64,000 nucleotides of DNA, taken from assembly GCA_012295275.1 (NCBI GenBank), contig CM022672.1, positions 22,382,001-22,446,000 on the forward strand. Reading direction: 5' to 3'. The notes below the pieces were generated by a model. That model saw nothing but the letters and a program-made list of their open reading frames with translations, did not search any database and was not told the DNA's origin. Positions 31,001-44,584 of the stretch are shown here, piece after piece. This DNA comes from Chrysomallon squamiferum (Eukaryota > Animalia > Mollusca). How positions within the stretch are numbered: position 1 is the first letter of the stretch; each line of letters starts with the position of its first letter. The translations under genes and the position numbers were made by a program.

Positions 31001-34000
31001 AGAGTAAGCCTTATTTTGTCTTGTATGTTATCTTGTATGCAGTATTTCTCCTAATACTGAAAGTGTAATATAAAGTGATATATATATATATATATATATG
31101 TGTATGTATGTACTGGTTCATTTCTGAATTTACAGCTCAAATATTTATTTGTTGATAGGGCCCTATCATTTTGATATATATTTATCCAGCTTTGAAGTTA
31201 GAGCTCCTATATTTATTTATTTGTTGACAGGCTTAGACAACAGTTTTGGTAAACTTACACATCTTGTGATGCATTTGAATTTACAACTGATATATTTATT
31301 TGTTTACCACTTTCTGACAACTGATATCAATAGTTACACAACAGTTTTCATAAAGAGATACATCTGATTCTAGTACTGAATTTTTACCTAAGATGTTTAA
31401 TTTTCACAGGTTCCTGACCTAACAGTTTACATCTAAAATGTGGGTTTTTTCTGGCTTCCTGACATAGCAGTAAACATCTGTCATTTATCTACAGTTTTTG
31501 TAATATTTTCATCTAAAATACTGACATAACAGTAAACATCTATCACTTTAACAACATTTTTTAATACTGTTTTACAAATAAAATGTTTGGTTTTTTTTTC
31601 CCATGTAGCTGACAGAATAATAAACAACTATCATTTATAAACATTTTTAAAATGTTCTTGTGTTTTACCAGGTTTCTGACATAACATAAACATCTATCAG
31701 CAGCAGTTTTTAAAATTTAGTTTTTTCCAGGTTCTTGACATAACTGTAAACCATCTATCATTATAAACCGTTTTTACGATGTTTACATCTAAAATGTTGT
31801 TTTTGTTTGTTTTGTGATTTCACCTATTTGTTGTTGGTTTTTTTGTTTGTTTTTTGTGGGTTTTTTGGGGGGTTGTTGTTTTTTTCTCGTTTTTCCAGGT
31901 TCTGTCATTACAGTAAATATCTGTCATCAGTTATAAACTTATTTTGTTTCCTTTTTTTTTTTATAAATTTCACATCTAAAACGTTGTTATTTTTCTCAAA
32001 GTTCCTAACACAACAGTAAACATCTATCATTTAACAACAGTTCTTTTTAAATAAATTTAAGATCTAAAATATTGTTGTTGTTTTTCCCAGGTTCCCGACA
32101 TGACAGAGATTCAGTCCCGTCTTGCCTATGTGTCATGTGTGAAAATGCTGGAAGTGGTGAAGAACAGTGATTACTGTGAATATGTCAGGCCGCCCATTGA
32201 CAAGTATGGAACTCTGCAGTTTGGTTTCTATGATGAAATATATGTAAGTGAATGCATATTAATGAAATAGCTCATAGTTTATCATAGATTTCCTTCAAAT
32301 GTGAATGGGGTTGAATAGATACGTGTTGCTATTATTTGATTTTTTTTTTGTAAATTTTAGTGTTAATGAATGAATAATAAATGTTAAAGGAAAGATTGTA
32401 CCTGTATAATGATGTGAGAGAGGACTCCCATTATGACACTCCATATCTGTTCTTGGTGATTAGTAATATGTATTCTTGTGTATGCTGTCTTCCTTAAACA
32501 TGAATTTATTTACTATAAGCAAATTCCACATTATTTTCCTTTTTATTATTTTTTTTTTTTTTTTTTTTTTTTTTTAATGATGTATTTATCATTTGTTTGT
32601 TGTTATTATGTATCTTTTTAGTTTTTTCTTCTTTTTTATTTTGACAAATTCAGAGTGATTCTGGTGTAAAAAAAAAAAAAAAAGCACTAACTTGACGGGC
32701 AATTTTTTTTTTTTTTTTTATTTAATTTGTAGGATGTAGGTTATAACCATGGTAAGACACTCTTCCAGGGTTGGAAGAAAGGTGGAGTCATTGAAAAACT
32801 GTTCACTGAGAGGGCTAAAGATGACAGCTCAAAAACAACACAGAAACAGGTAGATAACCTATTTGTTTGTGTGTGTGTGTAACAAAACCTGTCCATGAGG
32901 ACCAATTATAAGAGCATACAGAGTGAGTGAGAGACAGAATGTATGTGTGTGTTTATGTGTATAAACCTCAAAAGCAGTACTGAATAAGTGAAAGAGAGAG
33001 AAAGAGAAAGTGTGTATATGTTTCAATATATGTAATAAATTAATGTTCGTGGAAGTTCGTGTCATTTATTTGGATAAAATAATCATTTATCCAAAATTTT
33101 GTAATGTTTAAAAGCCTAAAAGATGAATTTAATCATTTTTGCCTGAGAGGTTTTTTATTGTTTTGTTTTTTTAAATATTTGTTTGTATTTTTTGTCTTGG
33201 TTTTGTTTTTCTGTTACCTTTTGCCAACCAGCATTTAAATGTTTTCTATTCTGACTGATTATTTTTATTTTTGTTATTTTTTCATTTTCTTAATTGTTCT
33301 TTTTCTTTTTTTTCACTTTTTTTTCTCTCCTATTTCTACAGATAAATGTTCCTGTGATGGCTTACTTCACTGACCTAGCTGAGCTGGTGTCGAAGATTGA
33401 CAAACCGAAACCTTTTTTCTATCTTAACAACGAAGAAAATGATACTGACGGTGAATGACTAATAAACCATGAATAACTTTTCATAATTAAATAATCAGAA
33501 TTAAGACTTGGTTAGAATAGACTGTGATACTGTAGCAATATATTTTACTGTTTTATATTATCAAGACAAATGAATTTGTTTCAATATGAATAAGTTAATC
33601 TCATGAAAATAGTGGTCACAATTTAGATATCTCTGTAATAATCACATATTCATTGGTTAAATTTATTACAGATTTATAACAGAATTTTCAGTTTATCAAC
33701 GTTTTCACTAGTTAATACATTGGTACTTAAAATTTATATCAATATATGGCATTGCATTATTTTTATTCTGCAAACAGATGAAGAGTACGAGTATGAGGAG
33801 GAGTCTGAAGATATGGATGCTCTGGAGGAGGTGGATGAAGAGAAGGAGTTTGTGAAGTTTGAAAATAAAGAAAGTGAAGACATAGTGGAAGCCAACCCAG
33901 CCAATTCAAGCAGCTCTGATTATTACCATTCAGAGCCCATCCCTGAAACAGCCAAAATAGAGGTTGGTTTATCATGTTGATTTTATCTGTAACCATTCAG

Positions 34001-34494
34001 AGCCCAAACCTGAACCAGCCAAAATAGAGGTTGGTTTATTTAGTTTATAACCATTCAGAGCCAATCCTCAGAACAGCCAAAATAGAATTTTGTTTATTTA
34101 GAATGTAACCATTCAGAGCTGATATTTTAAAGAAAGAAAATGATTTTCACCACCCAAAATCAATACTGCAAACAGCCAAAATAGGGGTATGATTACCATT
34201 CAGTCACTTAAATGTAACTGACATTTTACATTTTTGTTGTTTTTTTTCACAAAAATTGATCTGATAAAAATATTTCTTTATTGATCTTTTTTTTTTTAAA
34301 TTAATATTTATTAATCTTTTTTTCTATTTTATTTTTAATTTTAATTATTTTTTTTATTTTTGAAATTAATTTATTTATATATTTGTTTTCTTACTATAAA
34401 TATATCTATGTAATCTTTAATGTTTCTTTTAACTGATTTTTATATATATTTTTTTTTTTCACAGAGATTGAGAAATGTTCCATTGACAGATTAA
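10620..34494 (+). CDS. PNPLA6/PNPLA7: Neuropathy target esterase / swiss cheese-like patatin phospholipase (PNPLA6/7); 33 predicted coding exons
   Basis: Exons: 10620-10718 (least certain), 14132-14213 (TM segment), 14729-14817, 15025-15116, 15494-15637, 15872-16031, 16445-16525, 16818-16879, 17327-17393, 18245-18325, 19657-19813, 20762-20886, 21836-21976, 22346-22423, 22911-22985, 23237-23370, 24114-24245, 24510-24683, 25417-25679, 26105-26168, 26538-26706, 27183-27365, 27801-27919, 28602-28758, 29149-29212, 29597-29719, 30144-30260, 30855-31003, 32091-32243, 32733-32849, 33342-33450, 33778-33962, 34465-34494. Family motifs: [19 protein letters not shown], cyclic-nucleotide-binding domains, [27 protein letters not shown] (GxSxG), [24 protein letters not shown]. 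Confidence 0.95.
18316..18750 (+). repeat. Degenerate ~75-90 bp tandem repeat beginning at a PNPLA6/7 donor site
   Basis: Recurring tcttcatcagctaatcata ... cctgtacataca ... gatgaacagtcatattt ... tttgcttatat; the exon end ataaagcctgtac is repeated at ~18675. Confidence 0.7.
23820..24125 (+). repeat. Degenerate tandem repeat (~60-65 bp core, ~5 copies) ending at a PNPLA6/7 acceptor
   Basis: Recurring gataatga ... tacat ... aggaattaaaac.aaaatttgt; the last copy is the true acceptor cag|gataatgag at 24113. Confidence 0.75.
26700..26940 (+). repeat. ~113-119 bp tandem duplication starting at a PNPLA6/7 donor
   Basis: ggagag|gtata.catgatagtttattt ... tttgacacataaacat ... gcatacat occurs twice, with a third ggagag at 26933. 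Confidence 0.85.
30595..30805 (+). repeat. Intronic degenerate ~80-90 bp tandem repeat (3 copies)
   Basis: Recurring aaaa.ct.tg.ttttcacagaatat.actattaattgata. Confidence 0.7.
31395..32106 (+). repeat. Degenerate tandem repeat (~9 copies, variable spacing) ending at a PNPLA6/7 acceptor
   Basis: Recurring catctaaaatgtt ... ttttccaggttc.tgacataacagtaaacatctatca; the final copy is the true acceptor cccag|gttcccgacatgacag at 32090. Confidence 0.8.
33923..34205 (+). repeat. ~58-68 bp tandem repeat of a PNPLA6/7 exon 3' end plus donor (about 4-5 copies)
   Basis: accattcagagcc ... cagccaaaatagag|gttggtttat is repeated; the first copy is coding ([12 protein letters not shown]). Confidence 0.9.
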
Positions 34495-34825
34495 GAATCT
34501 TACTAAGTTCCACTATATCAAAGACAAAATTATTTGGTGCACACCTAAAACTTATCACAGTTTGAGTGAGGGCCTGAAAGCAGCCTGCATGGTTTGAAAT
34601 CATTATTCACTGCTTCACAGACCTGGAAGTTTTGTAAAGAGAACTAAGCTTAAAATTAATATGACTTCATAATTCATAACAAGTTTACATGTTTGCCTAT
34701 AGAAGATTGATTATATAAATTATATTTAAAAATTAATTTTTATTACTTCTGTGGTTCAGGCCAGTTTTTCATTCTGCAGTACAGAAATAAGATAAATACT
34801 AACTTTTGTTATGTGCTTTTGACGA

Positions 34826-34970
34826 ATCACTTCTGTGTGAAAATATGTTGTTGTTTTTTTGTAGTATATTAATATAAAATGTGTGATATGTGTATAATCA
34901 CTTCTGTGTGAAAATATGTGGGGTTTTTTGTAGTATATTAATATGAAATGTGTGATATATACGTATAATT
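34826..34970 (+). repeat. ~71 bp tandem duplication in the presumed PNPLA6/7 3' UTR
   Basis: aatcacttctgtgtgaaaatatgt ... gtagtatattaatat.aaatgtgtgatat occurs twice. Confidence 0.85.
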
Positions 34971-37900
34971 ATATATGATCTGTGGTTTTCATAAGACATA
35001 ACTATTTAGTGTGTAACATATGGATTGTGGTACACACTCAATTATGGATGGTTAAAAGCGATCTATGATTGTAACAGAATGTCTCAATTATGAACATAAT
35101 TATACATACTACTAATTTTTTTTTTAGTTATTTACTTCTGTGTGTGTGCGTGTGTGTGGATATATATGAACATGTGGACTACATTGATTGTTAGCACAAA
35201 ATAAATATTAGACATTTGCATTGTTACTTAAGTTGATTTATCTTTTTATCTCAAACACATGTATATACATCTATAAGAAACCTTTTTCAATAAGACAAAT
35301 ATACATTCTTACATATATACATATAATTTTTTTTTTTTTCAAGTTGTTTTTTGTCAGTGATATATATATATATATTAAAGAACATGGATGAAAGAATACC
35401 CAGGAAGAGATATCAGTTTTAATTTACATTGTGTAGAAAGTAACATGTAAAAACTGCGACCAAGCACAGGAAAACCTGAGCTAATTTATGGCACTAACTT
35501 GTTTAGTTGTGGCTCAGGCCTTTTTTTCTAAAACAATGACAGTAACTGGTTTACATGGCTCAATGGCCTGGTTTTTTCAAATTAACACCTCATGTTTTCA
35601 GTTAACATTCATGTTTAGAGCATGCAAGTGTTGTATGTTTGCAGATGTCCACATGTTGGAATTAATTATCAGACATGTTTGATTGATAATTAGGAAAAAA
35701 AAGAGTTGTTATTAGGAATGTCAGTGAAACATTTTTATGGTTTCTTTTTTCTTCGTCTTCTTCCTTTTTTCTTCATTTCCCATTACTGAAAAAGCAAACA
35801 GCTTTAAATGTTAAATTGGTAACTTGCTGCTGTTTTACTTTAAGGTAAATTTAAATGTTAATTTAAGATAATTTGCTTTAATTTTTTTCTTTTTATGAAT
35901 AATGCTTTAAGTGGGTTTTTTCAAGTGTTACTTTTGCTTTTAATGTTTATTTAAGGGTAATTTGCTTTAACAAGGGGAAGTCAGATTATTCTCTCTATTA
36001 TGTTTATTTGTGTAAAAACATTCCTAAACATATTTTTTTCAGGCACGACATCGTAAACTATAAGTTTATAAGTTAGATCTTAATGCAGTATGTATCAGTG
36101 TGTTGTAAAGTTATTGAAGCTGAATGTTGTATCTATGAAAACAGCTTTTTAAATAAATATTTAGTCACAGTAAAAATATATGTAGATAACAATCATGCTA
36201 AAATTAATTTTGTTTCAGTAGATTTTTTTAGCAAATTGTGCATTTTTCATTAGAATGTATCAATTTATTAAAATTTATTTTAATTCATGTAATTGCTAAA
36301 TATACCTTTTAAAACTGTTCGTAAAAAGATGAATAATTACGTTATCATTCAAAAAGTAACAAAAGAAACCTTGTAAAAGATAAATTTATTTTACTCTTGT
36401 GGGTTTTTTGGGGGAGCAGTTAGTTTTTGTAATTTGAACTTTTTGTTATGTATATTTATGTATAATTGTTATTTGTTTTTATGTAAGCCATGTGTTTGTT
36501 GCATTGTTAAAAATAATTCTGTTTAACTTTTTAATATGTATGTGATAAAAAAAAATTGGGAAACTGGGATTGTTCAATAGACTCTTTTAATAACATGCTA
36601 TTTTAATCAAGGTTTTTGTGAAGAGGAGTTTGAAGATGTTTTTTGTTTTTGGGGGTATCTGATAGGGGTTTCATGTTGGGTTTTTTACTTCATGTTTAAT
36701 ATGAAAACAATTAATTAGTAATGATTAACAAATTGGCCCTTTTAACTACAATAGTTTTAGAATAATCAGCTTTTTAATTATAATATTTTTTTTATTATTT
36801 ATTGTTAATAAGTGACCTTTTATGGGGTTTCTGTATTTTGTTTTATTTGTTTTGATTTTTGTATTCTCAGGTTCATTTGTTACATTACAGTGTAGGTTTG
36901 TTATTCTGAGCATTCATCTGGAGATGGAGAATCTTTTTTACTAAACGTTGTTTGTTTATTTTTATTATTATTAAATTGTTTGTTTTTTCCCCCATAAATT
37001 ACTGCTGTTAACAATGTAAAAAGCTTTTTGATCTGTACATGAGTCAAGCACTACATGAAACAGAACAGAATCTGTGATAATTGTTTGCATATAATTCACA
37101 CAATTAAGTATTATATATGCATATCATTGCTGTTTCTTTCATTAACTGTATTACAAAAAATGTGCCTTATCTTTTATTTTTTTTTTTTTTTATTATTATT
37201 TATCATCAGATTTTTTCTGGGGTTTTCTCTTGTTTTATTATTATTTGCTTCCTTTGTTACTTGAATTGTACTGTTATTTATTTTCTTCAAAATTCTTGAA
37301 CAGACATTCAGCAAGAGGAATGGTACAGAAAACATAAGCACAGGATTTTGGATAATAAACAAGAGTTAATATTCTGATGTTTACATTTGTATAAAATTTA
37401 ATATAATAATTATAATTGAAATGTTCCTCTATAGATCAAAAAAAAGAAGAAATTGCTGTCACAATATATTGATTAGATTTTATCAAAAAAAACACACATG
37501 ATGCATTTTAATGTTTGCTTGAAGCAACATGTTCACTAATTACAACCAGAACGTGTTTTTTTAACATATGTGTGTGCATATATATGGTTCTTGTTTATCA
37601 AGGAACAAAATAGATGTGTAACTGATATCTATTTGCAAATAACATAATTTAATTGAATATTTCTTTCACTTTATTTTTTTTTCTTTTTATTATTTTTTTT
37701 CTTATCTGTCAATTTACAATTAAATGTTATATATGTAAATAATAACTGTTTTAATGGGATCATTTCCAAAATAATGTCACAGGCTGAGCCTAGATTGAAA
37801 ATGTTCTCTTTAGGTAGCTGGGGATTTGTTTTGTTTTGTTGTTTTTGGTGATTTTTTTGTTGACTTGTTTTTGTTTTTTGAGGAACTTTGAGGATTTTTT

Positions 37901-39689
37901 TTTTTTTTTTTTTTTTTTGTCGTCAGACTATAATAACTCTGAGATAAATTTAATTGAAAACATAAATCATGCAGGTTCAATTGCTGTTAATTTGAAAAAT
38001 ATGTAATCTATAATGTCATTTTACTATCGAGTATTATTTAGTTGTTGTTGTACAAAAACTGAGCAGAGGTGTGTGCATGCATGTGTGACTGGGTTCATCT
38101 AAATTATCTGTTAAAATCCAAATAATTCTAATTCTTATTTGTAATTGTAACAAGTGTTAACTAGTTAGAATTATTTAGATTGTCAAAATTCAGTTAAAAT
38201 TAGTCCCCACAAAAATAAAATCTCAGTTTTAGTTCAGTTATAAATGTGATGATCCTGTTAATCAAACCTTCTCTACAGCTGTGTTTTTGAACAGATACTC
38301 CCTCTATGATTCTTTTGTTTCTAATTATTATACACAACATGCAAAAAGAAATGTATTATAATTTTGTTACTTTGATCCATATTTCAACAAAATGGTCAAA
38401 GTCATTAAAAACAAAACAAAGGACATCAAATGTTTGATTATTAGATTTATTTCTGATCTTCATGTCCCAAAAAACAACAAAAAAAATGTTATTGTTCATG
38501 TTTATTTTCTTTCTAAACTCCATACCATGAAAGTTATTTATAGAAATATTTAATAATATAGTGCCATACTTTACTATTGCATTTTTGCGTTATGATATTG
38601 CCATATTCATACTGTAAAGTTGTTACATTTGTACTACATGTATTGACTTTATTGAATAGAGGTTTGTAACATCAAATGTAATTGAATTGTAATTGATCGA
38701 ATGCAGTCATCATGTCAGTCATTTATGTATGAAAACTATTAAATACAGCAGCAATTCAGTTACGACAGAATACATATTATTTCCATTACAGCTGCAGTTA
38801 CATTTACACTGATACTGTAATTTGTTACACAGTTGCGAATTACAGTCATATTGGACCACAAACATGGTTTGGACCTGTGTGTTTGTGCACTGGAGCATTT
38901 GTGAGAATGAGATCTAAATCTGAACATAATTTTTTTTTCTTTCCAGTATGTCATGAATACTTTGTATGTTTTATGGCAGAAATGATGTGCTCAAACAATT
39001 ATTAAAATCAACATTTGCACTATATTTTTATTTATGGTGGTCATAATTATTTAAAACTTGTATTACTATTAACAGTTTTTCTTTATTTCTGTATGTATTG
39101 TTTATATTCTACATCTGTGAAACATAAGGAATGCTTAAGTAGTAAAGCGTTTATTTGACAAGAATGTCATTTCTGGTACCAACTTGATCAGTGCAGACAA
39201 GAATGAGCTCTGATATTTCATGGAAACTTACTAATTGGTTTGATAATGGCTTACGTATTTTTGTGTTTAACTGGAAGCTGTGATATATTAACCATGATTT
39301 TAGTCCAGTATACTATCTAGTTTATATTCTTTGTCTCTGAAGTGAGCTGTTGCAAGCGTGATAGTTGTGTGAATCTCTGCAAAAAAAAAAAAAAAAAAAA
39401 AAAAACACTTGAATGGTTATGTTTTTATGTTTTATATTATTAGAATTACAATACCTGAGGTATGCAACAAAAACGATATGTGTGTATATTATCTCAGTGA
39501 TTATGATTTGTGCTTTATCAATGCAATATCTTCTTTTTGTATGTCAATGCTTACTGAAATAAACTATATCTATTTTAGACTGACATCTGTTTTCTTTTTA
39601 TATTACATAGACCAACTTATAAAATTGGATTGTTCTCAAAACGTTTTTTTTATTTAAATTGCTACTTAAGTAAAGATATATGTGAGTAA

Positions 39690-39928
39690 CAGGGCCTCAA
39701 GAGAAATTTTGCAAAGGTTTTTCTCAAAATACTAATAAAAAGAAGTAAGTGCAGTGGGAAAAGTACAGTGGTATTTGTGTGTGTGAATGTAAGTGTATGT
39801 CAGGCTGAGAGTAGTACAAAGTGACTGTTCTCGAGGCAGATTTGGATGTTGCATGGTTGCTGTGGGGCCTTTCTTAGCTCTTGGGCCCTGAAACAAAGTA
39901 CTAGTTGGACACCTTATCCTACACCCTG
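39690..39928. mobile_element. hAT-type MITE
   Basis: Termini CAGGG...CCCTG flanked by an 8-bp near-duplicate gtgagtaa / gtgaataa; 8-bp TSDs are characteristic of hAT. Confidence 0.65.
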
Positions 39929-40459
39929 GTGAATAACATTCAGTACGACTAACTGCTGCACATCTTTCAAAAACACAGTTTGAATCCTACTTTTGGACTA
40001 AAGCATCAAGTGCTTTTATTTTTACGCAGTGAATTGTCTGTAGATGCTACCTCTTGTAAAACAGAAAAACAGCCAAATCTCTATGTAATGAATCCCAATA
40101 AAATTGCCATCCCGTTTGTCACTCCAAAAAGGCTTCAGCAGCTGTCTGTATCTACTGCAGGCATGAGCAACCTTTTTCGAGAAGCTTATTTGTCATACAG
40201 TTTATAACAACACAGGTCAATGTTTAGTGCACACTTAATTATCTGCCCATTACCTGGATAAAAAAAAAATGGTATGATCCCACATTGTTCTATATTGTAT
40301 GACTACTGGCAATAAATAAATGAAAGAAAGGCTTATAATCATTTATGCATTTTTTTTCATCCAGATAACTTGATCACTTAAGTAAGTTTCAGGAGGTAGC
40401 CTACAGCATCTAAGAACTGAAGGGGTGTCTTGACTCTCTGCTGCAGTTGATGCTTGAGT

Positions 40460-40609
40460 CTAACTAGTCTGTTTTCCATCAGTAGTCAAGAGGAAAGGGT
40501 GGCCATCAGCAGTCACTGTCCATTCTCCAGTAAGGTCCATGTTGGATTTTGTCAGGGGAAGTGCAGGGATCTGCTTCTGTCGATGTCTGTACAGTGCACT
40601 GCTCAAATT
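40460..40609 (-). mobile_element. Degraded Mutator-like (MULE) transposase fragment
   Basis: Translates to NLSSALYRHRQKQIPALPLTKSNMDLTGEWTVTADGHPFLLTTDGKQTS*, resembling the LYRxRxxxxPxLP...GxWxxTxDGxxFLL segment upstream of the catalytic domain in invertebrate MULE transposases (recalled pattern, not a search). Confidence 0.6.
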
Positions 40610-40860
40610 TCAAAACATGTTTCCTTCAAAGTCCTTATCCTTTTTAAGTGCAACATCTCCATATAATTGGAGTAACCATGAACTCATGCTGCCCACCGGA
40701 GTTGTGATTAGTTAGCAGTGAGACGCAGCCAAGACTAGTTGATCATTCCCCACACAGGGGTGCCCAGCTTACTTACTGCTTGACTGCTTTCCAAATTATA
40801 TTACTGTTGACAATATGACTAGTGACCATATGACTTTTTGGAGGATACCTATTCAAGAAG

Positions 40861-41106
40861 CAGTGGTTGCAGAGTTCTGGTGGTGCCCAGGGCAAAGACT
40901 CAAGTATAAGACCTAGTACTGAGATATATTATGAGAAAGGAAGATATTTTGAATATGTCAACACAGATGAAACATAAAATAAACGCTTTATTTGATTAAA
41001 ATATAAATCAACCAAATTTATTAAGTTCTTTTCCCCAAAAGTATCCTCCCACCTATTAGATGCCCGAGGCCACCGCCCCTTCGCCCCCCCCCTCTGCACA
41101 ATACTG
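40861..41106. mobile_element. hAT-type MITE
   Basis: Imperfect TIRs cagtggttgcagag / ctctgcacaatactg, internal tgccc..ggc.a repeats, 8-bp flanks tcaagaag / tcaagaat. Confidence 0.7.
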
Positions 41107-41986
41107 TCAAGAATTTTATTGTTTTGACATATTAATACCTCCTCGTCAAGACATACATATATTTCAGTAACTATAAAAATGTTACGTAACTCTACAAACA
41201 AACAACATGATTCCCTCCCAATTCATGTATTTTGTATTGCAACATATAACAAGTTAATGTTTTCCCGAAAATACTGACAAAAGAATCTTAAATATAACCA
41301 CTATGTTGGCAGCATCCATGTCTGTGCTGCCCACCGTGTCAGCGGTCTCCATTGCCTAGACCGTCTAATAATTTATGCATAATTTATGTTAATTATTTTA
41401 ATACATGGCGTCATATTAAACCACGTGAAAACAATAACGTTGCCGCAATGCGCCTCTTAGTCTGTTTTCGACAACAAAAAAAAAAAATGTAATTATGAAG
41501 AATAAGAAAAACTGTAGCCTTTTTTTTTTTTTTTTTATTATATCCTTTGACTAAGAATTATGTTTTTAAAAACTATTGTAAATCAGTATAAATGTTTCTT
41601 TCATAGTCAGCTCTACGCTGGATGTTCAAGAGTCGGAAATGGAAATAATTTATTCATCCTCACCCCAAATGGAAAAACCAAGAATGTATAAATTATATAT
41701 CAATGTCTAGAAATAAAAATGTATGTTATCATAAACCCATAAATTATTATTTTAGCTTTTAATTACAGTGATATGTGGAATACATTTCATTAATGCACGA
41801 TGAAGATCCTTTATTCGAAACTCGGAAATTCTAAACTTTTTGGAGCAGCCGAGATTGCGATATGTCATAGTTTTCTGATAGATTATGTATAAATTTATTA
41901 ATATTATATAAAATACCTGTGGAGTATCTCTCCACGCTGTATCCAAAATACCAATGAAATGAGTTTTCTGTTCAGAAAATCCGAAA

Positions 41987-42026
<40 letters not shown>

Positions 42027-42615
42027 GTTAAAATAAATAAATAAATAAAATTTGAAATTATAAACATTCCGGGTCACAAGCATTTCGGACAAGGGATTTT
42101 CAACCTGTATTTAATTCCTCAGCAGACTTAGAACATATACGACATTTTGCAGCTGAGTTGAATCCGAAGTTTCATTTAAAGTTATTATTGATTTATGATG
42201 TGAAAGAGATTAAAACGTGAAAAAAAAACGGACAAACAAAGTGTTTGTGTGTGTATGTCATGTGTATCTGTCAGTCAGTAACTGCCATTAAGCCACATAA
42301 ATCAGATGTTAACATGAAGTACTGATACCGCCTGTAGAGTGTAGGTACAACTGAAAACGAGAAAATTTAAAACCTTTTTTCTTTTTTTCTTCTCTTTTTC
42401 AACTAACCTTATTTTGTTTTTTGTTTTTTAATTTTTGAAATATATATATATATATATTTTAATATAATATTTGCATATATGAATAAATATATAATAATTT
42501 TTCCAAACATTTTTTATTATTTGCATACATGCGCATTTAAATATTACGATAATTAATTTTTTTATTTTATTCTTCATAATTTTGGTTTTATTTGTTTTAT
42601 ATTTTCTGCATAATG

Positions 42616-42618
<3 letters not shown>

Positions 42619-42693
<75 letters not shown>

Positions 42694-42696
42694 ACA
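42619..42696. repeat. Compound (CA)n(GA)n microsatellite
   Basis: Adjacent CA and GA runs. Confidence 0.9.
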
Positions 42697-42967
42697 TTCT
42701 GGCCAACTAGATGAATTAAAGATTAAAACAAATTATGAGGCTTAAAATAATCAATGACCATAACATTGTCTGCTTATTTACACTATATGACTTCAGTAAC
42801 CTAAAACATATAAATTTTAAGTTTTCCTCCGCAATAATGTCTAAAATATGTATTATTTTTGTTTTCTATTGTTTATAAGCTAGCTTAAAGAAATAAAGAC
42901 ATAAAAATTAATATCTAGTTTGTATTTTAATTAACTACAGCTTTCGACATTAAAACTTTTAAGGTAG

Positions 42968-43010
<43 letters not shown>

Positions 43011-43157
43011 TTTTTTTTTTATATATATATTTTTTTACTATATTTACATTTATTATAATAAATTTTGTTATTATTATTATTTATTTGTTTTACTTGTTTA
43101 TATTTATTATAATAAATTAAATTTATTGCATTAAATTAATTTTTCTACTTACATTTC

Positions 43158-43192
<35 letters not shown>

Positions 43193-43528
43193 AGTAGAAG
43201 AAGAAAAGAAATCCAAATCCAGCTGCAACTTAGCAAATTAATCTACTATCTAGTCATTCAATTGTTGACGTCGTTTATATATCGAGACATCGGACATCAA
43301 TCACAGCAACGATACCATAATGTTTACGTAATGTTTTCTATTTCTGTAAAGTTTAAACAGAATTTATAATGACTTATTCATATTTACACTTTCAAAATAT
43401 TCATTAAAACGTTTGCTGAAGGTAGATCAGTTATTTTATCTTGTAATATTATGCTTGTTGATTTATCTAAATAGTTAAAAATAATATAAAATAAATCCCA
43501 ATTATAAATACACACATGTATCGTTCCG

Positions 43529-43581
<53 letters not shown>

Positions 43582-44584
43582 CTCGTTCATTAGTTTAGGC
43601 TATAACAGTTCAAGTTTAGCTAAGGTGTTCAAGTCACGAAATTTACTCAACCGGAATCGTGAACAAACTACCCAGACACGAGAAAAAAATAAAAAAGAAG
43701 TTCATCCTAATTTCTATTGCTGACGATGTTATTTATGACGGGCATAAGGAAGTTAACTTAGCAGATGTCTGCTTGTTACAAAGAGTGTAGAATAGTAATA
43801 TATTTTTCAAAGGAACAGTTATTAAAGCAAGCATAGTAAATATATGTGCAAATCTAGGGTTTGACAAAATATCTTTTCAGCGACATTTTTGAAATTATTT
43901 TGTCGTATGTATCGTACTAGTAATATTACTAAACTAAAAATGGAGACTGAAGTAAAGATCGTTGTTAAGGACGATTCCATTTTCACAAGATCAGAAAAGG
44001 AATTAATTGAAAAAATATAAATTAAAATAAAGTAAGTTAAATTTCATATCGCAGGTTAGCCATCATCCCTTTGAGTGGAGTGGTGACGGAAGTATTTATT
44101 TTATTGTTTCTTTTTTGGTTTTGATCTTTTTGTTATTAGTTTTGCTTCTTTTTTTAACGTCTTCTTCTTTTTCTTTTTTTTTTTTTTTTTTTTGGTGGGG
44201 TAGTTTTAATAATAGTGATATTAAAAAAAGGAAAAAAAAAAAGAAATTTATATAGGTATGTGTAGGTGTGTATTTGTATATAATAAATTGTGTGTGTGTA
44301 TATTTTAAAATGTGCAGCGTGAGAGACATGATAGGAGCTCTTCCTGAATAATTATACCGGTAATAATAATAACAAAACGAAGATGAAGGTTTAATTATAA
44401 TAAAAAATATACAATTTAGGATAAATTAATTTATTATAATATTTCAATGACAAACATCAACATCATGTTCCCATAAATATTCTTTAATTGTAAATATTAC
44501 ATATATTCCAGCTTTTATTTATTTATTTATATTTTGTTTCAGAAAATCTTACCAACAATTATGTATGAAAACTGATGGTAAACA

